DNA of 64,000 nucleotides. It comes from Patescibacteria group bacterium. Lineage in GTDB: Bacteria > Patescibacteriota > Patescibacteriia > PEXW01. The position numbers were made by a program, and so were the translations under genes. The stretch lies in contig JBAYJA010000003.1 of NCBI GenBank assembly GCA_041665345.1, positions 103,202 through 167,201 on the forward strand, in the 5' to 3' direction. Every line of letters begins with the position of its first letter. Within the stretch, counting starts at the first letter, position 1. Below the pieces are notes generated by a model. It was not told the DNA's origin and ran no database searches. It was given only the letters and a program-made list of their open reading frames with translations. Positions 57,405 to 64,000 of the stretch are shown here, piece after piece.

Positions 57405-57995
57405 ATGTCCACACCACAAGAAGATCCTAAGCTGCAAAAGCAGCTCGCATCAAGTTCACTTCTCGAGCTGGCGTCGACTAAAATTGTTGTTCGAACGCAC
57501 ACGGATGTTGAGTACCAGGATGCCGCATCTTTCGCTGCATGTAGAGAAGATCGCGCATTCTTTACAACTGAAGTTGTCTGCTTCGCAACTGCATTTACCG
57601 GAAAACCCGGCCTGCTTACCCGCGCAAGCATGGTTCTTGAAAGTAGATGTCATCCCGACCTTGCAAGTCGCATTGGCCTCCGCGTGTATGACCAGAGGAA
57701 AAGTGAAGATGTAGAGGAGCTTCGGGCCTACCTTGAAGATTGGATAGTACGTCGGCCAATTTGGTTGGAACCCTTGGCATCAGTCCATAGCCAGGCCAGC
57801 AATATTGTCCCAACGCACGTTCCTGTCGATGGCCGTTCAGTGCACCACTTACTCTGCTATGCAGCCATTGAAACTCGGCTACGTGCTATTCTTAGCCAAG
57901 ATGCCGCAATAGCATTGTCCTCTCGTTTCAGTGGGTTCTTTGATGCGAGAATCCAAGAATTACAGAGAAGCGGTCGTTACCTGCGGAATAGCTAG
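57405..57995 (+). CDS. Hypothetical protein, divergent paralog 2
   Basis: GGAGG SD; LLELASTKIVVR...LSSRFSGF. Confidence 0.7.
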   Translation: MSTPQEDPKLQKQLASSSLLELASTKIVVRTHTDVEYQDAASFAACREDRAFFTTEVVCFATAFTGKPGLLTRASMVLESRCHPDLASRIGLRVYDQRKSEDVEELRAYLEDWIVRRPIWLEPLASVHSQASNIVPTHVPVDGRSVHHLLCYAAIETRLRAILSQDAAIALSSRFSGFFDARIQELQRSGRYLRNS

Positions 57996-58095
57996 ATCTT
58001 TTCTCGTCGTTCACGAACGGCACGAAATAGAGGACAGTCAATATCGGCTGTCCTTTTTTATTTGACATGCTGCTACAAGCAGCGTTAGAGTAAGG

Positions 58096-58189
58096 CATTC
58101 GTTCATTCACAATCTTCTTAGGGCAGTTTGAAGATATTATAATCAATCTTAAACCATAGCCGACGGTAGAAACCTAGGCGACTGGAGGA
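58096..58189 (+). promoter_or_regulatory. Conserved 5' leader motif, copy 3
   Basis: GTTCATTCACAA, ATCTTC/GAAGAT stem, TAAACCATAGCCGACGG...CCTAGG. Confidence 0.7.
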
Positions 58190-58192
58190 AAT

Positions 58193-58729
58193 GTGACTAA
58201 AGAAAAAGATGCGTTGCTAGCCTTAGCACGCAAACAGATTATCGTCAGGTTTGCGATCACGTTGCATGAGAAGGAAATTCGGGGTGACCTCATTGTTTTT
58301 ACGGTCGTTCATTCCAAGGCAATACTCATCTACAAACGCTACAATCAGATGGGTCACACTTGGGAGCACAGTATTGATCAGGGCATGAGCACCTTTGATC
58401 TCAACATAGAACAGCGGCGCTCCGCATTTTGGAGTAATCTTGAGGGATTATCGAAGGCGTATACTTGTATTGATGCGTATTTTCCTGCGGAGCAGTTTGT
58501 TGGTCGGTTTACGACAGTGGATGCTAGTGGATGTGCGTGTTCGCCGTCAAGTCCATTTTTCCTGATGTGCTGCGCCTCGTTGTTCACTGAAATCGGCTTA
58601 GCAGCGTATCCAGAAACGTACATGAGCCGGGAAGAGCGTCATACTTTGCAAGATCGTCTCTCAAGTTTTATAGCCGATTACGTGAATCGAATTCGTCAAA
58701 CTGGATCGGCAATCTTTGTGAAGCAGTAG
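58193..58729 (+). CDS. Hypothetical protein, divergent paralog 3
   Basis: GGAGG SD, GTG start; LLALARKQIIVR...LQDRLSSF. Confidence 0.7.
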   Translation: MTKEKDALLALARKQIIVRFAITLHEKEIRGDLIVFTVVHSKAILIYKRYNQMGHTWEHSIDQGMSTFDLNIEQRRSAFWSNLEGLSKAYTCIDAYFPAEQFVGRFTTVDASGCACSPSSPFFLMCCASLFTEIGLAAYPETYMSREERHTLQDRLSSFIADYVNRIRQTGSAIFVKQ

Positions 58730-58808
58730 GGGAATTTTTTAAGGACAGGTCTGCCCACCTGTCCTTTTTTTCGTACAAAAAAGGCGCTCCACACGGAACG
58801 CCAGCATG

Positions 58809-58988
58809 TTACTCACCTTGGTTTGCGGACTTTTTGATGATCCTCAGGCAAATCAACCAGGTGGCAATGATTGCGCCTACGCTTGACCAGACTACTGTTG
58901 TGTCCCAACTAGCTAGATAAGCCCCTAGAAAAAACAAGCATCCAAGGCATATGGAAATGTAGAGCATGCTTCTCTTACTTTTTTGCAT
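58809..58988 (-). CDS. 59-aa 2-TM peptide (not in the ORF track)
   Basis: GAGGAG SD; MQKSKRSMLYISICLGCLFFLGAYLASW. Confidence 0.55.
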   Translation of the reverse strand: MQKSKRSMLYISICLGCLFFLGAYLASWDTTVVWSSVGAIIATWLICLRIIKKSANQGE

Positions 58989-59165
58989 TTTTTCTCCTCG
59001 TGAGCAGTGTTCATGGAATTTTGATTCACGCTAACATGTGAGAAGCGTATCGTCAATCCTACTAAAATAACGAATGGTTGCAGAAATACTCGGTATTAAA
59101 ATCGGCCTCATTTCCCAGAAAAAACTGACGGAAAAATTATTTTCCGTCAGGGGGGTTGCTGCCAC

Positions 59166-59396
59166 TTAGGCAAAAACGAGCATATCATCAACGAGCACTT
59201 CAATGGCTAATTCCTCGTTGCCAGTCAAATCAAGAACGAGTGAAGCAAAGTTTGCGTGCTCCCCGCCTATGGCCTTCATGATTGCGTGTTTCGCGGCTCG
59301 TTCCGCCAGGATGAGTCGGGCGTTTTCTTCTGGGTCAGTGGATCGCTGTTTTTCCGGGATCGTGCCCCGGCCGAAGCAGAGTGGGCAAGTATGCAT
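59166..59396 (-). CDS. Small protein with one CxxCxGxG motif
   Basis: CPLCFGRG; GGAG SD. Confidence 0.6.
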   Translation of the reverse strand: MHTCPLCFGRGTIPEKQRSTDPEENARLILAERAAKHAIMKAIGGEHANFASLVLDLTGNEELAIEVLVDDMLVFA

Positions 59397-59772
59397 TTTT
59401 TCTCCAGTTCGTAAGTTTTTTGGTTTCGCATCAAGCCTATTCCTAAGGCTACCTGCGTGTCAAGGAGTGGTTTGGTCGATGAATAAAAAGACACTCTCCA
59501 GGGAGTGACCATGTTCGTTTCTCGTTTATTTCCCAATACCCACTACCCCCCTACGCTCAGAAGCTCCGGCGGGCGGGCAGCTCTACCCCTCGATTCGTCT
59601 GACTCACTCGGGGCTCCGACCAAAGCGTCGGAGCAGCTTTATACCTCTATACCTTCTTCTTTTGACACCCTCCCCTACCTCTGCTATTTTTTTAGCACAG
59701 CGATACCGGTCCTGAAGAGTCGCAGGATACACGGTTCCTGGCAGTCCTTTCCCCAGTTTAACCAACGCCGAT

Positions 59773-60135
59773 ATGGCCGAAGAGCAGTTTGAAGACGCGC
59801 AGTTTGTGGAGTTTGTGGTGAAGTCCATTGTGGACAACCCACAGGAAGTAAAGGTAGAACGCATTGTGGATGAAATGGGTGTGCTGTGCACGTTGCATGT
59901 GAACCCAGCAGACCTGGGTCAGGTCATTGGCCGCCAGGGGCAGACTGCCAAGAGCATTCGCACCTTGCTGCGGGTGGTGGGCGCCAAGAACCATGCCCGG
60001 GTGAACATGAAGATCTACGAACCCGAAGGCTACCGCAAGCACAAAGGGGAAATGGGTGGGAAGCGGATGGATGACCAACCCGCAGCCCCTGCTGCCGCGC
60101 CAAGTGAAGACCTGGCCGACGACCTGAAACTCTAA
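59773..60135 (+). CDS. khpA: KH-domain RNA-binding protein KhpA
   Basis: DLGQVIGRQGQTAKSIRTLL; lies between rpsP and trmD. Confidence 0.92.
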   Translation: MAEEQFEDAQFVEFVVKSIVDNPQEVKVERIVDEMGVLCTLHVNPADLGQVIGRQGQTAKSIRTLLRVVGAKNHARVNMKIYEPEGYRKHKGEMGGKRMDDQPAAPAAAPSEDLADDLKL

Positions 60136-60252
60136 GTAATAAGAAAACTCCTGGTAGCACTACCGGGAGTTTTTGGTATAGACAGATTTTTTGCCTGGAG
60201 TATACTCATTTTGACATTGCCCTTTGGCGAACAGAAATCCTTGGAGGAAATC

Positions 60253-60279
60253 ATGTTTTATCCGGAAGATGGAGAATAG
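60253..60279 (+). CDS. Micro-ORF MFYPEDGE
   Basis: TATACT -10 at 60201, GGAGG SD; shared motif. Confidence 0.5.
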   Translation: MFYPEDGE

Positions 60280-60280
60280 T

Positions 60281-60346
60281 ATGAAGCAGCTGCTCTATCC
60301 TGATGGCGGGGAGAAGCCACTGCGACACCCCGAAGACTCCGAATAG
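60281..60346 (+). CDS. Micro-ORF MKQLLYPDGGEKPLRHPEDSE
   Basis: GGAG SD inside the previous ORF; two motif copies; terminator after. Confidence 0.55.
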   Translation: MKQLLYPDGGEKPLRHPEDSE

Positions 60347-60482
60347 GGTGAGACCCTGTTTAGCACATTCCGAAGAGCGACCAAATGGCCGCTCTTTTTT
60401 TCATCTTTACAAAAAGTTTGCTTTTTGCTACCTTTTGTTTATCGATCAGAGAAAAGAAATCCCTTCTTTGACTGGAGGTAGA

Positions 60483-60584
60483 ATGTCAAAAAAGTTCCTT
60501 GGTGCGGGCAGCGAAACGCAGAAGCTCTTTGATGCCAGTACAGGCTGTCACAGATCGCTCGGTGGCGGTATTGACGGCAGCTAA
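60483..60584 (+). CDS. 33-aa micro-ORF MSKKFLGAGSETQKLFDASTGCHRSLGGGIDGS
   Basis: GGAGGT SD, downstream hairpin. Confidence 0.5.
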   Translation: MSKKFLGAGSETQKLFDASTGCHRSLGGGIDGS

Positions 60585-60705
60585 AGCCAAAAAAGCTGCG
60601 TCAGAACCCATGTTCATTATCAGGGCGTGCTAGCAATAGCCGCCCTTGATTTTCTATTTCTCAGGTGTAGTATGGGGATATCCAAACAAACATCGAGGTT
60701 GTGTA

Positions 60706-60738
60706 ATGAAAAAACTTGAACCTTCGGATGGAGGGTGA
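60706..60738 (+). CDS. Micro-ORF MKKLEPSDGG
   Basis: GAGG SD; shared motif. Confidence 0.5.
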   Translation: MKKLEPSDGG

Positions 60739-60740
60739 TT

Positions 60741-60809
60741 ATGCGAGGTCAACTCCTTGACCCAACCATTGGCGGGTACCCAATGCGGGATCCCACTGAC
60801 GGCGGCTAG
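60741..60809 (+). CDS. Micro-ORF MRGQLLDPTIGGYPMRDPTDGG
   Basis: GGAGG SD inside the previous ORF; two motif copies; terminator about 60833-60865. Confidence 0.55.
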   Translation: MRGQLLDPTIGGYPMRDPTDGG

Positions 60810-60927
60810 AGCGAAGCGCTCAAGCCATACCTAGACGGCTACTCTCTGAGCAGCCGTCTTTTTCTTGACGCATTTTTTGGGTGATGGTAGACAGAGGGAA
60901 AGGAATGATACACATTGGAGGTAGAAA

Positions 60928-61350
60928 ATGCACATTGTTATTGAAGAGCATGGCGATTTGCTGGTTGTAGCAGTGGAAGGCAGATTGGAAAGTGGTCTTG
61001 AGGCGGCAGAATTGAGCAGGTATTTTTCCCAAGCGTTTCAGGCGAATCGAGGACTGATTGTTGACCTTTCTCAATGTGAGGAGCTTGGCCCGCCGGCCTG
61101 CAGCATTCTTGTATACTATGCGAGTAAGTACAAGACCGCGCAGCTCTTCCTCTGCCTGATCATTACACCAGAGCAAGAAGGATTGCAGCAGGTGCTTGCC
61201 TCGCAACTTTTCAATAATTTTTCCATCTTTGAGAATGTCGACTTGGCTGATGCTGCGTATGCGAAGAGTCCAGAGAAGCAGCGGGCCGATAACGCCCTCC
61301 TCAGGTACATGGCAGAGCGTGCGACTGATGCTGAGCTTCGAGGTGAGTAA
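60928..61350 (+). CDS. STAS-domain protein 3 (degenerate phosphosite)
   Basis: VVAVEGRLE, IVDLSQCEELGPPACSIL. Confidence 0.75.
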   Translation: MHIVIEEHGDLLVVAVEGRLESGLEAAELSRYFSQAFQANRGLIVDLSQCEELGPPACSILVYYASKYKTAQLFLCLIITPEQEGLQQVLASQLFNNFSIFENVDLADAAYAKSPEKQRADNALLRYMAERATDAELRGE

Positions 61351-61456
61351 TCCTGGGACACATACACCATGGGCGATCGAATACCGGTCGCCCTTTTTTT
61401 ATCCTTGTTCCCTCATTTGCAAAGATATATACTCTCGGCAGATCCTAGGAGGTCTC

Positions 61457-61576
61457 ATGAAACGTATTGGGCTTGTTGATGGTGGTTTCTCCCCATTGCA
61501 TGAGGGAGACGACGGAGGGCAGCTCATTTTTGGGAAGCGGCTGGTGCATACTGGCCGCTTTTTCATATTCCCTTGA
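61457..61576 (+). CDS. 39-aa micro-ORF beginning MKRIGLVDGGFSPLHEGDDGG
   Basis: TATACT -10, AGGAGG SD, two DGG motifs. Confidence 0.5.
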   Translation: MKRIGLVDGGFSPLHEGDDGGQLIFGKRLVHTGRFFIFP

Positions 61577-61630
61577 CCCTGTTGAAGCTAGTTGCTAGGG
61601 TTGGGGCAAAGAAAACTGATTGGAGGTTTT

Positions 61631-61990
61631 TTGAAAATTAAAGTAAAAGCGCAAGGCCCACTTTTGGTCATAGCAATTGACGGCCGAATGGCCGTGCCAC
61701 ACGACATTGCAACCTTTGATGATCAACTGAGTGAAATTCGAAACGACGGTCGTGGAGTAATCATCGATCTCACCAAATGTGCGTGGATTCCTTCGTCGGG
61801 TTTAAGCATTCTCATTTACCAGTACAAGCAGTACCGCGGTGCGAAATTGCCAATTTGCATGGTCCTTGGTACCAACGATAAGATTGGCAGAATTATGGTC
61901 ATATCACGGCTAGCTGAAGTTTTCCAACAGTACAGTACTGTTGAGGAGGCTGCGGAGGGGATGACTTCAAGTTCTGATGCAAGGAAGTAG
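61631..61990 (+). CDS. STAS-domain anti-sigma factor antagonist 4
   Basis: GGAGG SD before TTG; IIDLTKCAWIPSSGLSIL, YSTVEEA. Confidence 0.82.
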   Translation: MKIKVKAQGPLLVIAIDGRMAVPHDIATFDDQLSEIRNDGRGVIIDLTKCAWIPSSGLSILIYQYKQYRGAKLPICMVLGTNDKIGRIMVISRLAEVFQQYSTVEEAAEGMTSSSDARK

Positions 61991-62056
61991 CAAGTCCTGC
62001 CTAACAGGTGAAAGTATTGTGTACGGGCGATCCAATGTGGGTCGCCCTTTTTTTAC

Positions 62057-62132
62057 TGTCATCCTGAGTCTTCGAAGGATCTCCAAAGTTTTTTACATTG
62101 TCTGGGGATCCTTCATATGATTCAGGATGACA
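62057..62132. repeat. REP-like palindromic element, copy 2
   Basis: TGTCATCCTGAGTCTTCGAAGGATCT...GATCCTTC...TTCAGGATGACA. Confidence 0.8.
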
Positions 62133-62171
62133 GAGGGGAGGGCAGAGCCGCCAGTCTGCTACAATGGCAGT

Positions 62172-62819
62172 ATGCAATTCGACATTATTACCGTCATACC
62201 CGAAGCGTTTGGGTACCTGGAGCAGAGCATTCTGGGTCGGGCGCAGAAGGGCAAGAAAATCAGCGTTCGAATCCATGACCTACGGAAGTGGACCACGGAC
62301 AAGCACCGGACCGTGGATGACCGGCCGTATGGCGGCGGGCCAGGCATGCTCCTGAAAGCTGAACCACTGTACAAAGCAATTTCCGCGGTCAAGAAAAAGC
62401 GCGGCAAGGTAAAGGTCGTGCTGATGAGCGCAAAGGGTGAAAGTTTCACCCAGGCACTGGCTCGGAAGTGGACGAAGCTGGATCAGCTGGTCTTCATTGC
62501 TGGCCGGTACGAAGGCGTGGACGAGCGCGTGCTGCAGTACGTGGACGCAGAAATTTCCACGGGTGATTTTGTGCTGACTGGTGGTGAGCTGCCTGCCATG
62601 GCCATCATTGATGCCGTGGCGCGGTTGCTGCCTGGGGTGTTGGGCAAAGATGCTTCGAGTGCTGATGAGTCACACACGGAAGCTGGGCTCTTGGAGTACC
62701 CGCAGTACACCCGGCCAGAAGTGTTCAAGCGGAAGCGCGTGCCAAAGGAGCTCCTGTCTGGTGACCACAAAGTCATTGCCGCCTGGCGGCAGAAACACCG
62801 TACTCGGCGGAAGGTATGA
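62172..62819 (+). CDS. trmD: tRNA (guanine-N1)-methyltransferase
   Basis: VDDRPYGGGPGM, GRYEGVDER, GDFVLTGGE, EYPQYTRP. Confidence 0.96.
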   Translation: MQFDIITVIPEAFGYLEQSILGRAQKGKKISVRIHDLRKWTTDKHRTVDDRPYGGGPGMLLKAEPLYKAISAVKKKRGKVKVVLMSAKGESFTQALARKWTKLDQLVFIAGRYEGVDERVLQYVDAEISTGDFVLTGGELPAMAIIDAVARLLPGVLGKDASSADESHTEAGLLEYPQYTRPEVFKRKRVPKELLSGDHKVIAAWRQKHRTRRKV

Positions 62820-64000
62820 AAGTCGACGCGTCAGTTCTCCGCATCCGGCCATTCCGGTTGCTGTGGGCAAACCAAATTGCGGCAGGGTTGGCCACGAACC
62901 TGCTGACCTTTGCGTTTGTGCTGGCGGTGTACGAGCAGTCCAACTCCAATGCAGCGGTGGCAATTCTCGTGGGGTTCCAAAGTGTGCCGCCAATTTTGTT
63001 TTCCTCTGTGGCCGGGGTTATTGCTGATAGCTACGATCGCCGGCGCATCCTGCTCCTCATCAACCTGCTCCGCGCAGGGGTTATTGCGCTCGCTTTGGTT
63101 GTAGGTCAGTGGACCATTGGTATTCTCCTGGTGGCTTTTGGCATGCACGTTATCACCCAGCTCTTCACTCCAGCATCTTCTGCTGCCATTCCCCAGGTGG
63201 TGCCCAAGGAAAAACTTTTTGCTGCGAATTCCTTTTTCACCCTCACCACGTACGCGCTCTTCCTCGTTGGGTATGGTCTGGCCGCGCCGTTGGTGGATAC
63301 AGTTGGGTACCCCACGACCTACGCCATTGGTGCAGCGCTCTTCCTGCTTGGCGCCTGGGCAACGGCTCGGCTCCCCCACCTGGCAGATCACCTGACGCAG
63401 CTCACGGGCCCTCGCTTGGTGCTCATGCACCACTTGCGTCTGGTGTGGGTGAGGTTTGTGGAAGGTGTGCAGTACGTGCGGAAAGATGCGATGATCGCGG
63501 TTATCCTGTTGCAAGTGTCCATTCTCATTGCCGTGGAAAAATCTTTTGCCTCGCTCATGCCTTCCTTTGCTCTGGACTTCCTGGGGTACCAGGTACGAGA
63601 TATTACGCTACTTTTCATTGTCCCCACCGCGGTTGGCACCCTTGTGGGCGTGTGGCTGGCAAACCGGTTGAAGGAACGCGTGGCCAAGCATCGGCTGATC
63701 ACCTTTGGCATGAGCTTGGATGCGCTAGCTTTACTCTTGGCAGTGATTATTGTTCCGCTCACGCATTTCTTGCCAGACCTGATTCCTGGCTTCACCCCTG
63801 ATGGCGTTCGCTTAGGTCTGGTTGTACTGCTTGCAACCATGTCCGGCTTTGCGGATCCATTCATCCTCGTCTCCGCGCAAACCATTTTTCAGGAACGCAC
63901 ACCAAATGCTGAGCAGGGCCGGGTGTTTGGTTTGCAGAACACAGTCCAAAATCTTTTCGCCTTTGTCCCCGTCATTGCCATTGGCGCCCTCAGTGGTGTG
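62816..64000 (+). CDS. MFS transporter (partial, runs off the window)
   Basis: MKVDASVLRIRPFRLLW..., motif A GVIADSYDRRRIL. Confidence 0.88.
   Translation, partial: MKVDASVLRIRPFRLLWANQIAAGLATNLLTFAFVLAVYEQSNSNAAVAILVGFQSVPPILFSSVAGVIADSYDRRRILLLINLLRAGVIALALVVGQWTIGILLVAFGMHVITQLFTPASSAAIPQVVPKEKLFAANSFFTLTTYALFLVGYGLAAPLVDTVGYPTTYAIGAALFLLGAWATARLPHLADHLTQLTGPRLVLMHHLRLVWVRFVEGVQYVRKDAMIAVILLQVSILIAVEKSFASLMPSFALDFLGYQVRDITLLFIVPTAVGTLVGVWLANRLKERVAKHRLITFGMSLDALALLLAVIIVPLTHFLPDLIPGFTPDGVRLGLVVLLATMSGFADPFILVSAQTIFQERTPNAEQGRVFGLQNTVQNLFAFVPVIAIGALSGV

Noticed and set aside
56568-58189. c-di-GMP-I riboswitch call for the triple leader
   Set aside because: CCTAAACCAT is reminiscent, but the GGCAAA/GACGCAAAG P1 region and GNRA tetraloop are absent
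60303-60584. 93-aa ORF from the track
   Set aside because: It crosses a terminator and promoter; the SD-supported start is at 60483
1-64000. Alternative genetic code (UGA = Gly)
   Set aside because: Conserved genes such as rnc, trmD and queA's neighbours read fully in code 11, and rnc and trmD end at TGA at the expected lengths

Overview
Bacterial chromosome segment in standard genetic code (TGA used as stop). Gene content suggests a Patescibacteria/CPR (Parcubacteria-like) genome; this is an inference. Core genes are typA (partial), pyrD, queA, tgt, rplS, an RluA-family synthase, a short CCA-type nucleotidyltransferase, ftsH, rpsA, gyrA, rpmF-nusB-rnc, a short apparently hinge-less smc, rpsP, khpA and trmD. 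Five intact tRNAs are present, and accessory cassettes with their own promoter, SD and terminator are interleaved with the core genes. Main observations: (1) an intact tRNA-Ile(UAU) nested inside the anticodon of a second tRNA gene, within an insert whose termini match a 36-nt palindrome inserted in-frame in queA; (2) a 1028-aa major-vault-protein-like gene with a ~150-aa insertion; (3) an array of 8-39 aa micro-ORFs sharing a P-x-D-G-[GE]-like motif, interleaved with STAS genes; (4) four STAS paralogs that differ at the phosphoacceptor position (S, S, E, P); (5) three very divergent paralogs behind a conserved, covarying ~100-nt leader; (6) a covarying repeat that follows a CCA near all five tRNA loci; (7) a cNMP-binding/AdoHcyase-like fusion; (8) a 2636-aa Kelch/FN3 surface protein in an operon with a MacB-like ABC transporter and a kinase-less sensor. 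All calls come from reading motifs; no database searches were run.
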